Origin: Octopus sinensis
Taxonomy: Eukaryota
Assembly: GCF_006345805.1 (NCBI RefSeq)
Contig: NC_043005.1
Coordinates: 77,438,001 to 77,502,000, forward strand
Direction: 5' to 3'
DNA: 64,000 nt
Shown: in pieces, positions 11,320 to 24,375 of the stretch
How positions within the stretch are numbered: position 1 is the stretch's first letter
Layout of the letters: each line of letters begins with the position of its first letter
Translations under genes and position numbers: made by a program
Notes under the pieces: generated by a model
The model's input: only the letters and a program-made list of their open reading frames with translations
Told to the model about the DNA's origin: nothing
The model's database searches: none

Positions 11320-11872
11320 TCTTTTATCTTGCTGCAATCATGGGACTGCGGCCAAGCTGGAGCACCGCTTTGAAGAGTTTGCTTGAACAAATCAACATCA
11401 ATGCATTTCCGTTAATAAAAGAACGGTCTTTTTTCTATCAGTCTCCGTTGTTAAACACAAACATACACAGATAGATTCACACACTCACACACACACAGAC
11501 ATACATACATGTGTGTGCGCGTACATGTGTGGTCTGCCTGCCTTGTCAGTGGGGTGGCATCATTCGAAAGCTACACTTTGAGGAAGTGCATTGTGACCAG
11601 CGGTGTATAACATTTGTTAATCTGTTGTATACAGCGATACAGTAACACACATGGGACACACAAAGATACACACACACACACGCACGCACACACACACACA
11701 CACATACACACACACACACACACGCACACACATACACAACTGTCATTTACATATTTTTCTCTCCAAAATCCACTCACAAGTCGTACCGGAGCTATAGTTA
11801 AAGACACTTGCCCTAGCCGCTGCGTAGTGGATTGAACCCGAAATCTTAACCACTCGGCCATACCTACGCCTA
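11320..11872 (-). mobile_element. SINE family B, degraded, with expanded (CA)n
   Basis: gactgcggcca..ctggagcaccgc tail at about 11345; aaatccactcacaag..gacacttgccc..gaacccgaa head at 11766-11870. Confidence 0.65.
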
Positions 11873-12149
11873 TTCGAAAATAAGAAAAAAACCTTTTTAA
11901 ATAATCGCTTTCGTCTTGGTACTTGAAGAGTTCGAAACCGTGATGTTATCTACGTTATAGCGCCCCATAGCAAAACCAGAAGTATTGTTGACATGGAAAC
12001 CTTGGATTGAACACGTGACCAATACGTTTGAGTTTTAATTTCTAATTCAACGAAAATAGAGTTTTTATCTTATTAAACCGTTTCTAATGTGTCGAAATCA
12101 GCACATTACTGCGTAGTGTTATTTTCATACAATAGCGAGGCAGTGGCGG

Positions 12150-12237
12150 ATACTTCTCCAAGTATATATATACATGTATGTATGTACGTATGCGTGTGCA
12201 TGTGTGTATGTGTGTGCATGTGCACATAGACACGCGT

Positions 12238-12306
<69 letters not shown>

Positions 12307-12399
12307 TTGTATGTGTGTACATATATATCTATACATATACATTTTTCTATCGTTCTCTCTTTCCCTCTCTCTCTCTCTTTCTCTCTCCATATATATATA

Positions 12400-12430
<31 letters not shown>

Positions 12431-12557
12431 ATGTATGTGTGCGTTTGAAACAAATATGTATGTATATGTATAAATATGTGTGTACATACACACATACACA
12501 CACACATTTATATTATCTACGTGTGTGTGTTTCTGTGTACCTCTCTCTCTCTCCCTT

Positions 12558-12599
<42 letters not shown>

Positions 12600-12619
12600 T
12601 ACACACACATACACATATG

Positions 12620-12657
<38 letters not shown>

Positions 12658-12745
12658 CACAGAGAGGGAGAGAGACAGACAGCGGCAAATAGCGAGAGAT
12701 AAACACGTACATATACACACACTCGCACGCACACACACACACACA

Positions 12746-12823
<78 letters not shown>

Positions 12824-12830
12824 AGATAGA
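12150..12830. repeat. Compound microsatellite (TA/TG/TC/CA/TATG)
   Basis: Direct; source of more than ten spurious ORFs. Confidence 0.95.
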
Positions 12831-13204
12831 TACAGAAACTGAAATTGGGAATTGATAAATTATTCTGCTCATTAAACAATTTTGATACCATTTCTACTAC
12901 ACAGTCAGTCAATGTTGGAATCAATAGTTTATCTAGCTTTATCGATTAGATATCAACTCAGATTTCTTCGATAATCGTATCTCTATATATATCTCTTGCC
13001 AAGAACGAAGTGTGATGTAGGAAATTCTCGCTTTTTATTCAGTCTCAAAACCTTCCTGTTTGACCTTCTCTATTCAATTGGTTTTATTATAGTTTGGTTT
13101 TCCCCTATCAACTTGTCAATAATTAATTTATCATCTATCTTCTGCGAGGGATGGGTGCATCGTTGTACTGTTGTTGTCTTTATTGCTTAACCCTCAGTTG
13201 GCCT

Positions 13205-13605
13205 TAATTGAGCAGCTGGGTGTGGTTTGAATGAGATAGCTAATGCTATCAGGCCTAGGTACGATATAGAGGTGACCCTCGTTGGGTCGTAATTGAGCAG
13301 CTGGGTGTGGTTTGAATGAGATAGCTAATGCTATCAGGCCTAGGTACGATATAGAGGTGACCCTCGTTGGGTCATAATTGAGCAGCTGGGTGTGGTTTGA
13401 ATGAGATAGCTAATGCTTTCAGGCCTAGGTACGATATAGAGGTGACCCTCGTTGGGTCGTACTTTATATACATAGCATGTTCGTCCGTCGGAGCGACGAG
13501 GAATATCCGGGATGGTTCCTAATTGAGCAGCTGGGTTAGACTTGAGAGAGATAGCTAGTGCCATCGGTCCTAGATGCAACATAGAGCTGTCCGTCATTTG
13601 ATCAC
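13205..13605. repeat. 85-bp tandem repeat, 3 near-identical units plus a diverged 4th
   Basis: taattgagcagctggg starts at 13205, 13290 and 13375 (period 85) and again at 13520 after a 60-bp spacer. Confidence 0.92.
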
Positions 13606-13612
13606 ACATATA

Positions 13613-13765
13613 CGTGAGAGGTGGCATCAAAAAGTTCCCAGATTAGTTTTGTGGGGCGCCAACAGATGGCAGTGCACGGTTGCCTGCGCAATGAGAACCA
13701 GCAGTGACCCCTTCATTAAGTAGTGTGCCGAGTGACATCGCTGTATACTTCTCCTGTTTGTTCTA
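13613..13765 (+). mobile_element. Tc1/mariner-type 5' terminal fragment
   Basis: TA-cgtgagaggtggcatcaaaaagttccc...ggcgccaacagatggcag resembles mariner-type TIR/5' ends. Confidence 0.45.
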
Positions 13766-13801
13766 CCAGACCTATATTTACATACATACCTACATTATAT
13801 A

Positions 13802-13858
<57 letters not shown>

Positions 13859-13860
<2 letters not shown>

Positions 13861-14054
13861 GCCATGATAGATCGCTAGCCACTACACCTTTTTCTATTTT
13901 CTCTCCTTGTTTATTTCTGTATTTCTTTCTGTTGAAGAGCGTAGGCTCGAAACGTAAAATACTTTCTCACTTCCCGAGCATTAAACTAATACATCTGTTT
14001 GTTGTTTACACATCCATCACCGTCTTTTGTTTTTTGTTTTTCTTCTGTAAATTC

Positions 14055-14058
<4 letters not shown>
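13859..14058 (+). mobile_element. Short Penelope-like terminal element with hammerhead-like motif, between (TA)n tracts
   Basis: CTGTTGA-A-GAGC-GTAG-GCTC-GAAAC-GTA at 13929-13956; (TA)n on both sides. Confidence 0.62.
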
Positions 14059-14102
<44 letters not shown>

Positions 14103-14109
14103 ATATATA

Positions 14110-14326
14110 CGAGGGGGCATGAATAGTTCCTGGTATCGCGAAAGTCCTGGCTTGAGGCCCAAACATCCGAGTATTTTAGGGGATTTTACAGGGCTTAGAA
14201 AACTGAAGGACTGCTACAATAAGTGTGTGAATCTGAGAGGGGAATATGTTGAAGGAAATCATAATGAAATAATCCTCCTGTAATTTTTTTTTTCACCTGA
14301 AGCCAGAACTTTTCTGCATCCCCTCC
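14110..14326 (+). mobile_element. Mariner-derived MITE
   Basis: TA|cgagggggcatgaatagttcctgg ... gccagaacttttctgcatcccctcc|TA; internal KLKDCYNKCVNLRGEYVE matches the mariner transposase C-terminus. Confidence 0.8.
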
Positions 14327-14819
14327 TATGTGTGTATATTTATATGTATATATATATATGTGTGTATGTGTATGTATGCGTTTCTCTGTGTGTATCCCTC
14401 GCCACTGACAACAAATGCTGGTTTGTTTAAGTCCCTGTAACTTAATGGCTCAGCAAAAGACCCTGCTAGAATAAGTACCAAACTTTAAAGCATAAAGTTA
14501 GGGGATCGATTTAAAGGCAGTGCCTCAGCATAGCCGCACTCCTATGAGTGAGACAAGTAAACGAATAAATTAAAAACAAACCTGCTCACCAACTTGTAAG
14601 AGTACAAATTGTAAGGGTCAGAAACAAAATTTAGTTGACTGTAACCTTCAAAAAGTGCTCATATTTTTGTCCCTAAATCAACGCAGATTAAGCAATCATA
14701 TAGACGCTCCCTATTGGCTTGTATTTTTGTTTACAAGATTTAGTGCGGAAAGAAAGGGTTGTGCATACGACCCTTGCGGGTTCCCCGAGGTATGTCGCAG
14801 GCGATCTTGCTGATGTTTA

Positions 14820-15085
14820 CACTCTCAGATGTCCTGTCACATCCTTCAGTTTTTCTACTGCTACTACCATAGCCTCTGTTTGTGGGAATTAACTAGTCTC
14901 ATGCCTCTTCCAATTGGACCCTCACAAGCTACTTACTTCAATGCTGTGCCCTCCTCTATCCAATGCCACCAGTCCTAACCCTAACTCTTACCACTAATAC
15001 CATTCCTTGTTCCTCAGAAGACGATCTTCTGGGACTTCTTACCTAGATTAGCAACACATTAAATGCGAACGTTAATGGTATCAAT
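14820..15085 (+). mobile_element. CR1-like LINE 3' fragment, decayed
   Basis: FYCYYHSLC..ELTSLMPLP and later aaatgcgaacgttaat resemble CR1-group ORF2 C-termini; many indels. Confidence 0.45.
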
Positions 15086-15317
15086 CTCGCCGATACCGAA
15101 AACAGGGCGAGTAAACATCAAGGGGTCATCTACAAGGAAAACTGTGACCGAGTAGGAAATTTCATAGGGGTTGACATCTGGGGAGAGAGAGGGTAGAGGG
15201 ATTGAATGGATGGATATAGTAGTTAGTGCAAAGTAAAGGGGTGAGGATAAGATATGGGTGAGTGGGGTGGACTTACGTGAAGGGCGTGCGACTATATAAC
15301 ATTAATTCAAATGGATA

Positions 15318-15529
15318 TTAGTAGTAGTAGTAGTAGTAGTAGTAGTAGGAGGAGGAGGAGGAGGAGGAGGAGGAGGAGGTGGAGGAGGAGGAAGCGGAGG
15401 AAGAGGTAGAAGAGAAGATTAGGAAAATATAGGAGGGGAGAAATGAGAAAGTAGGGAGAAGAAGAAGGAGGAGGAGGAGAAGAAGGAAAAGAAGAAGAAG
15501 GGGAAGAAGAAGAAGAAGGAGGGGGAGGA

Positions 15530-15561
<32 letters not shown>

Positions 15562-15752
15562 AGAAGAAGGAAAAGAAGAAAAAGGAGAAAAGAAGAAGAA
15601 GAAGAAGAAGAAAGAAGAAGAAGGCAAAGAAGAAGGAGAAGAAGAAGAAGAAGAAGAAGAGAAGAAGGAAAAGAAGAAGGAGAAGAAGAAGAGAAGAAGA
15701 AGAAGAAGAAAGAAGAAGAAGAAGAAGAAGAAGAAGAAGAAGAAGAAGAAGG
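15318..15752. repeat. Compound (AGT)n-(GGA)n-(GAA)n polypurine microsatellite
   Basis: About 400 nt almost free of pyrimidines on the + strand. Confidence 0.95.
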
Positions 15753-15967
15753 GCAATGAGACACTATGTAGATGGCCTAGGGGTTGAAGTGTGTTCGTTA
15801 GAGAGACTTTGGCAAACAATCATAGATTTCTGTTTTGATGTTTGTACAGCAACAGTACCGCCGCCCCAGATAGGAGGAGGGGTGGGAGTTATTCATTATT
15901 CCTTCGTGAGTTCAATTGAGTTTATTGTGGGTTTTTTTTTTTGTTGTTGAAGAGGGAAAGATGGCGA

Positions 15968-16006
<39 letters not shown>

Positions 16007-16151
16007 ACGGAGATTATTTTAGAGTGGGAGACAAAGAAGGGAGTCGGGTCGATCACGTGGTTTGAATTTGTAAATTTGTGCGGCAGCTTCTGAGTATTTG
16101 TGTGTGTGTGCGTGCGTGTGTGTATACATACATATATATATATGTTTATAC

Positions 16152-16249
<98 letters not shown>

Positions 16250-16276
16250 GTGTGTGTATGTATGCATATATATATG

Positions 16277-16346
<70 letters not shown>

Positions 16347-18279
16347 CTAATTCATTGTCGCCCTTTTACCCTCTCTTTCAATATTGATTATATAACAAAA
16401 AAATGTAGTGAGGAAGAGAATTAATTGATAGATTTATACGCATATATATATTGTGTTTGTTTGTATTGGTGTATGTATATGCATGTACATATGTGTGTGT
16501 GTATGAATGTATGTACGTATGTATGTATATATTTCTAAGTATATGTAAATATATACAAAATTTAACTAGAACACAGCGTAAAACAGAATACCTGAAACAT
16601 TTATAATGAATAAAATTAATGGAGTAATTCATAGTTATTTGAAACGTTTATCTGTTAAGGTTAAAGAGAGTGTAAAACCATTTTACTGCTGTTGATATTC
16701 ATGCATACATACATACATACATACATACATACATACATACATACATACATACATAAATACATAAATACATACATACATACATATATACACACATATATGT
16801 ATAGATGCATTATGTATGAATATGCATATATACAATAAGCATGTATGCATATGTACATGTGTGTATATATACATACATACATATATACATATATGTGTAT
16901 ATATATATATAAAGTCAGTAAAAGAAAATGGAAAAGAAAAAATATAATAGATGCGTGGTTCATTTTATTTGTATCACAATGGAAAAGTAATACAAATTAA
17001 AAGAGATACCAATAAGAACAAGTATAAAAAGAACTGCATCAACAAAACAACCAAACAAATATACCCAAAAATCCTACATATGTTTCAATCTGACAGTATG
17101 TTTGAATCATCAATATTGTAATAAACGATATATTGCCGAATATCTTCAGGTAAAAGTAAGTATATTTTCTAGTCTTGAATTACGAAATAACTTACTTGAG
17201 GACTATGTATAGGAATTTTCAAATGCAAGCAAACAACTTATTAGGATGTAGAGTTCATATGATTAGAAAATGATCCTTTAAAATGCAGCTAATATTGAAA
17301 GTGGAATTGCCGCTAAAACATCAAATTCATTTGAAAAATATATCCATAATTACGTTTACATATATTTATAAAAGTTTATGTGAGTGAGATGGTGGAGACA
17401 CAAATGTAAATTACCATGAGGGTTGTAAATACAAAGAATTAAATTGAGAAATGTTAATAAATATGGGTTGAATAGTTTGTTTATATTTCTACTATGTTAA
17501 TTTTTTTTATAGATACTACAGAGAAATACACGACTTGCCTAACAATCTTTTTCTAAAATTAAACAATCGCATTAAAATTTCGAAGCTACGAGATAAGGCA
17601 TGTGTTCAAAGCAATGTGAATAAATATGCAGTATATTTGACAGAATAATCTCAGGTGCATCATTTCCCCATGGAACGTCATGTAATTTTAATAGCTTTTC
17701 TCAAATTACTGCTCTCTGGAACTCATTACCATTGTTTTGCTTCCACTGGACTATGATATTCAGCCTTTAAGCATTCTATCGATTAAACATAATTTGAATT
17801 TGTAGGGTATTTCTCTTCCGCCTTTGTAGTTCCTTACGCCAAAGTGGCCCCAAGCCTTGTTTGGCACAAAATCGTAATTAGAAAAATGGACTGAAATTTT
17901 CAAAATATTTAGTCAGGTTCTCTTCTATTTTAAGTCAGTATCTTTGTCTTGTAGGCTTTTGCGTTTTGATAAGAAGCCAAATAACTAACGTGAAAATATG
18001 TAATGGAACTGATGATCTGACTCCAGTGAGATTTGAACACAAATTAGACAGTGATGGACCTAGATATTTTTGAGTATTGAGGTTAATACGTCATCGATTC
18101 AAGGAAATCGCCGCCCTCACCAAAAAAGCTTCTAATGCTGACAATAATAATAACGCTTCTCTCTGATTGGCACGAACCCACAAATTTGTAGCAAAGAGAT
18201 TGGAAGGAGGCTGACAATTGGATTGGGCCCAAAACATGCATGGTGCTTACTTTATCAATATACACGAGAGATGAAAGAC

Positions 18280-18312
18280 AGTAGTAGCAGTAGTAGTAGT
18301 AGTAGCAGTAGC

Positions 18313-18353
<41 letters not shown>

Positions 18354-18360
18354 CAGTAGC

Positions 18361-18405
<45 letters not shown>
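18280..18405. repeat. (AGT)n/(AGC)n microsatellite
   Basis: Direct. Confidence 0.95.
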
Positions 18406-18406
<1 letters not shown>

Positions 18407-18879
18407 AATAATTCTCCCTGGAGTCAATATCAAAAATGTTTTTGGGACACCTCTGATGTTGGTTACTTTGCTGATATTCTGAACTAGATTCTTATCTTCG
18501 TGTTATTCGTCAACAATCGATAGCGATGCTGGCCATTGTTCAGCCGATATTTAAAGCAATTTACTGCAAATATTGACGCAGAATTATTGACTAGATTCCA
18601 TCCGTAAATGTAAAACTCCAGAAAAAGAGATGAAGGAGGGTTTTTTCTTTAGTTACTTATTTATTTATTTTGGTTCACAAATGCACGAATAGAGAAAATA
18701 CTAAAGACCTACGAATTGACATCAATTTGGCAAAGAATTCTGAAGATGATTGTTGAATTATTGCACTGCAGCAAAATGATTGATCTTCCTGCAGAGTACA
18801 CAGAGATTCCAGAGGGGATAAAGAGGTCGTTTCTTGAGATGTTTATGGTTACTTTAAAATAAATGAATAGTAATAATTA

Positions 18880-19092
18880 TTTTTTCTACAATAGGGACTA
18901 GGCCTGAAATTTGGGGGAGAGCGCTAGTCGATTACGCCAATACCCCTGCTCATCTGGTATTTACTTTATCAATCCCGAAAGGATGAAAGGCACAGTCGAA
19001 CTCGGCGGAGTTTCGAACTCAGAAAGCAAGGACGGACGAAATGCCGCATAGCATTTTGCCCGGGCTGCTAACGATTATCCCAACTTACCGCT

Positions 19093-19183
<91 letters not shown>

Positions 19184-19905
19184 TGATGATGATAATAATA
19201 ATAATAATCTACTAATAATATTATTATTCTACTGCTAATAATCCTTTCTACTAAAGACACAAGGCCTGACATTTTGTGGGAGGGGACTAGTCGATTACAT
19301 AGGCCCCAGTGTTTCACTGGTTCTTAATTTATCCATCCCGAAAGGATAAAATGCAAAATCGACCCCGACGAAATTCGATCTCAGAAAGTAGCGACGGGCG
19401 AAATACCGCTAAGCATTTCGTCCAGCGTGCTAACGATTCTACCCGCTCACCACCTTACAGTCGCATTAATAATCCTTTGTGCTGTAGGTACAAGGCCTGA
19501 AATTTTGGAGAAAGGGATATTCAATTACATCGACCCAAGTGCTTGACTGCTACTTATTTTATTGACTCTGATATGATGAAAGGCAAAATCGACCTCAGCG
19601 GAATTCGAACTTTGAATGTAAAGACGAACGAAATACCGCTAAGCCTTTCTTATTTCTTTATTGCCCACAAGGGGCTAAACATAGAGGGGACAAACAAGGA
19701 CAGACAAACGGATTAAGTCGATTATATCGACCCCAGTGCGTAACTGGTACTTAATTTATCAACATCGAAAGGATGAAAGGCAAACTCAGAACGTAGCGGC
19801 AGAGGAAATATGGTTACGCATTTCGCCCGGCGTGCTAAAGTTTCTGTCAACTCACCGCCTTGGCGCGGTAACGATTCTGTCAGCCTGTCGCCTTCTGTCG
19901 CCTTA
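18880..19905 (-). mobile_element. Cluster of about 5 SINE family A copies with (AAT)n spacers
   Basis: A-family motifs at about 18880, 19245, 19480 and 19650-19870; (AAT)n at 19095-19215. Confidence 0.85.
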
Positions 19906-19994
19906 ATAAGGAAAATAATACTTTGTAATGCATTTGATCACATAGTGTGGTTTCAGACGCTGGAAAAATGACATATGAATTTGAATCGTATGAT

Positions 19995-20400
19995 TCTTTA
20001 CTCTTTACTCTTTTACTTGTTTCAGTCATTTGACTGCGGCCATGCTGGAGCACCGCCTTTAGTCGAGCAACTCGACCCCGGGACTTATTCTTTGTAAACC
20101 CAGTACTTATTCTATCGATCTCTTTTGCCGAACCGCTAAGTTACGGGGACGTAAACACACCAGCAGAAGAAGCAATGCTAGGGGGACAAACACAGACACA
20201 CAAACACATACACACACATATATACATACATATATACGACAGGCTTCTTTCAGTTTCCGTCTACCAAATCCACTCACAAGGCATTGGTCGGCCCGGGGCT
20301 ATAGCAGAAGACACTTGCCCAAGATGCCACGCAGTCGGACTGAACCCGGAACCATGTGGTTGGTTAGCAAGCTACTTACCACACAGCCACTCCTGCGCCT
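19995..20400 (-). mobile_element. SINE family B, full length, young-looking
   Basis: ttttactcttttacttgtttcagtcatttgactgcggccatgctggagcaccgcc ... ttaccacacagccactcctgcgcc. Confidence 0.92.
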
Positions 20401-21104
20401 GACTGTGTAAAATAATGTATTTGTTTCGGTATAATATTATGTTTGAAAAATTCACTGATAGTAAGCCTCTGACAGCTATCTACCGGTGACTATTCACCGA
20501 CCAAAACTTTTATGATTAAACAAGAGCGTTCTCTTAAGAGATGAAAACATCAGGACTGCGCTGAGAAAATAAAATGGCTTGTTAGCTCAACGCTTAATTA
20601 TATATGTTTAACAGTAATTTGTCTGCATTTACGTAATTTGTCTGATTTCAAACTCCTCCGAGGTTAACTTTGCCTTTCATTCCTTCGAGATTAATAAATT
20701 AAGTTCTAGCTGAGCACTGGGATAATCGACTTACCCCTCCCCCGAAATTGCTGGCCATGTGCCAAAATTTGAAACCACTTATATTAATATATTAAAGACA
20801 CTTAACTCACAAAGCCTCATTTCAGAACACGCTATTTGATATATCAATATTTAAAGCAAATTTTCATTTTCATTTTTAAATTTTTTTTAAATATGGTATT
20901 AATTAATTAATAATTTGCTATTGGTGAATATGTTGATCGGATAATTACTTGTAAATGGAATTGGTAATCGATTAATTATCGCAGAATTGTTGTCAGCGAA
21001 TTTTCCTGTAGATTAAAAGGAAGGGGTGGTTGTTCGGATAGAGAGAAAAAAAAGCAATATGCTTTTAGCAATGAGAAATTCGAATATAACAAAAATGGTT
21101 TCTG

Positions 21105-22160
21105 ATTTAGGGGACAAGACCAGCAGTTTTGTGGCGAAGAGGATTAGTTGATACTATTTGACTGGTACTTTATGTTTATCGGCTCCGGTGGAATAAAAAG
21201 TAAGATTGACATTGGTAGAATTTGAACTCAGAATGTAAAGAGCTAGCAGAAGCACTACAAAGTATTAATTCCGACGTTCTAACGATACTGCCAGATCGTC
21301 GCATATCGTCCCGCAAACAATACTTCCTTATTTAGGTACAAGGCCGGAAATTCTTTTCTCCTCTAGGCACAAAGCCCGAAATTTGGAGGAAGGGGGCCAG
21401 TCGATTAGATCTACCCCAGTACGCGGCTGGTACTTGATTTATCGACCCCGAATGGATGAAAGACAAAGTCGACTTCGGCAGAATTTGAACTCAGAACATA
21501 AAGACAGACGAAACACCGCTAAGCATTTCGTCCGGTGTGCTAACGTTTCTGCCAACTCGCTGCTTTACAAGGCCGGTAATTCTGACGGGAAGGATAAGTG
21601 TTAATACCATAAACTCCGGTACTGGACGCGTACTTCATTTTATCGACCCCGAATTGATAAAAGACAGAAATATGATTAGCGAGATTTGAGCTAAGAAGAT
21701 AAACAACCGAAAACGAATATGAAATAATGGAGGAATGAAGGGCAAAATTGTTGTTAGCAAGATTTGGACACAAAACGTACGGACGGACGGATGAAATGTT
21801 GCAAAGCATTTTGTCCAGCGCACTGACGATTCTGTCAACTCACCGCCTCTCGAGCATCAAATCCTAGTTTCAAGTGTTGACACTGAACTGGTGGGTTTTT
21901 GAGGAGAGGGGGAGGTCGATCATATTAATTCCACGTAAGGATGAGAAGCAAAGTCGACCTCGACGGAATTTAACCACAGAAAGTAAAGACGGACGAAATG
22001 CCACTAAGCATTTTGTTCGAACTGCTAATTAATTCCACGTAAGGATGAGAAGCAAAGTCGACCTCGACGGAATTTAACCACAGAAAGTAAAGACGGACGA
22101 AATGCCACTAAGCATTTTGTTCGAACTGCTAACCATTCTGCCAGCTCGTCGCTTCTCGAG
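21105..22160 (-). mobile_element. Cluster of about 5 SINE family A copies including an exact 104-bp tandem duplication
   Basis: A-family motifs; 21925-22028 repeated at 22029-22132. Confidence 0.85.
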
Positions 22161-22609
22161 TGTCAAACAGTTTAAACAAAAGTGCTCTGAAGACAATTAT
22201 AAATCTCCTGTTAGTAATCAAAGTCGTAATTCTAACTCAACTGTTTAAGAGCATCATCTAACTGAAAGAAACTCGCTGCTTCAAATACTGTTCATTTCTT
22301 TTGATTGGACACAAAATTAATTTTTATATGTAATAGATGATAGAATTAACCGTATATTAATGAAACATATTTTATCAACTTCAGTGCAATGAAAAATAAA
22401 CACCGAGAAATCGCTGTTGGCTATTTGCTTTCGGTGAATTTTTCACACATGATATTATTATATTGACTCAAAAAGAATATTTTTAGCCAGTCCTAGAATA
22501 GAAGCTTGCAACTCATTTGTCCAGTGTTTCAAGCTTATTAACTAGATAAAGGCATAACGAAAACGACCATCCTGTTTTTTGTTTTTTTTTTGTTGTTTTT
22601 TTTACCCTT

Positions 22610-23428
22610 TTACTCTTTTACTCTTTTACTTGTTTCAGTAATTTGACTGCGGCCATGCTGGAGCACCGCCTTTAGTCGAGCAAATCGACCCCAGGACTTA
22701 TTGTTTGGAAGCCTAGTACTTATTCTATCGGTCTCTTTTTGCCGAACCGTTAATTTACGGGGACGTAAATACACCAGCATCGGTTGTCAAGCGATGATGA
22801 GGGGACAAACACAGACACCCATACACACCCATACACACACATACAAATACGTATATATATATATATATAGATATATACAAGATAAGAAAATGGAGAAATA
22901 CATCTAAATCAAATATCAATTACCAGATAATACTCAATCACATACTTTATTAAACCACCACATAAGAGACTGTAGGGTTAGATATAAAAAGCAGAACAAA
23001 TCAGTGTACATAAAGGAATGCACATAAAAAAGTGTGCATAAAAGAATATCTCTTTTATATATATTCTACTTATTATACAACATTACTCTTTTATGTACAC
23101 TTTTTTATGTACATTCCTTTATAAACACTGATTAGTTCTGCTTTTTATATTTAACCCTACAGTCTCTTATGTGGTGGTTTAATAAAGTATGTGATTGAGT
23201 ATTATCTGGTAATTGATATTTGATTTAGATGAATTTCTCCATTTTCTTATCTTGTATTAGTAATTTATGGTAAAACATTTTACCTTTGCCCATATAATAC
23301 AGTAAATGAATTGATTGCATCGCAATCATTAACATTTATGTATTAACTTTGTTGGGTACTTCACTAGCAGTATATTGGATATATGTTATCCCATGGAGGG
23401 TTGCATTTACAACCCCTATCTCAATTTG

Positions 23429-23464
<36 letters not shown>

Positions 23465-23640
23465 ATATATATATACGACAGGCTTCTTCCAGTTTCCATC
23501 TACGAAATCCACTTACAAGGCTTTGGTCGGCCCGAAGCTATAGTAGAAGACACTTGCCCAAGGCGCCACGCAGTGGAACTGAACCCGGAACCATGTGGCT
23601 GGTAAGCAAGCTACTTACCACACAGCCACTCCTACGCCTA
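22610..23640 (-). mobile_element. SINE family B interrupted in its central microsatellite by an insertion of about 560 bp
   Basis: 3' half at 22610-22870, 5' half at 23430-23640. Confidence 0.88.
22875..23257. repeat. Long inverted repeat (arms about 174 bp, spacer about 35 bp), probably inverted Penelope-like terminus
   Basis: atacaagataagaaaatggagaaat...gtgtgcataaaagaata (22875-23048) is inverted at 23084-23257 with few mismatches. Confidence 0.9.
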
Positions 23641-24375
23641 TATTTTCCATTGATCCAATAAGCTCATTTGCCAAAATAATTCACATCCATCAAGCTTCAT
23701 CACATAATTTCAATGGATCCTGTCTCAGGTGAATACATGTCATTTAACCTATATTTGGGACCCTGGATCCTGATACTACACCAGGTCAGAGTAGACCTGA
23801 GAATAATAATGGCTAAGAGATGGTTCCACACTCCTCAAAACCTTGGAAACAGGGCCCCACAAGCAGATGCAATTTAAAGCCATACCCAGGATTTATACTC
23901 AAGTAAATACGGTAAATATTCTGAGAGATATAATACAGTGCTCCAGCTTCCCTATTAACTCATCTTTACGTTTGATTTCCAAAATATTGATTTCTATCTT
24001 CGATATAAGGCCACAGTTTTTGGGAGCGAGAAACCAATAAATTATATCGAATCCTGTCATTAACATCGACTAATAATTATTTTAGTAATAGCAAAAGAAT
24101 GAATAGTTGCATCGATCTTAGTAGGATTCGAAAAAAAAAGGATTCAAAGCGTCGTAACTAATATGGGGAGCAAGGCACTATTTGAACCAGTCTATTGATC
24201 GAATTCTCCGTTTCCTGTTGCTGTGTTGTGTTATGTATCACCAAAGAGATTTTAACGACCAAACATCCACTACAACTCATTCTAAATAGACCTTATTGAG
24301 AGGTGCAGCTAGCTGCTTTGTTTTAGTTAGATGCCCTTTTAAACTAAGTATTGTTTTATTAGCTTGCTGAAAACC

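Noticed and set aside
12084-12924. Stack of overlapping ORFs
   Set aside because: All are translations of di- and tetranucleotide microsatellites ([16 protein letters not shown]).
13205-13605. CRISPR-like regular array
   Set aside because: Units are contiguous with no unique spacers, there are no cas genes, and the context is eukaryotic.
15307-15819. 170-aa and 148-aa Ser/Leu/Phe-rich ORFs
   Set aside because: Reverse translations of the GAA/GGA tract.
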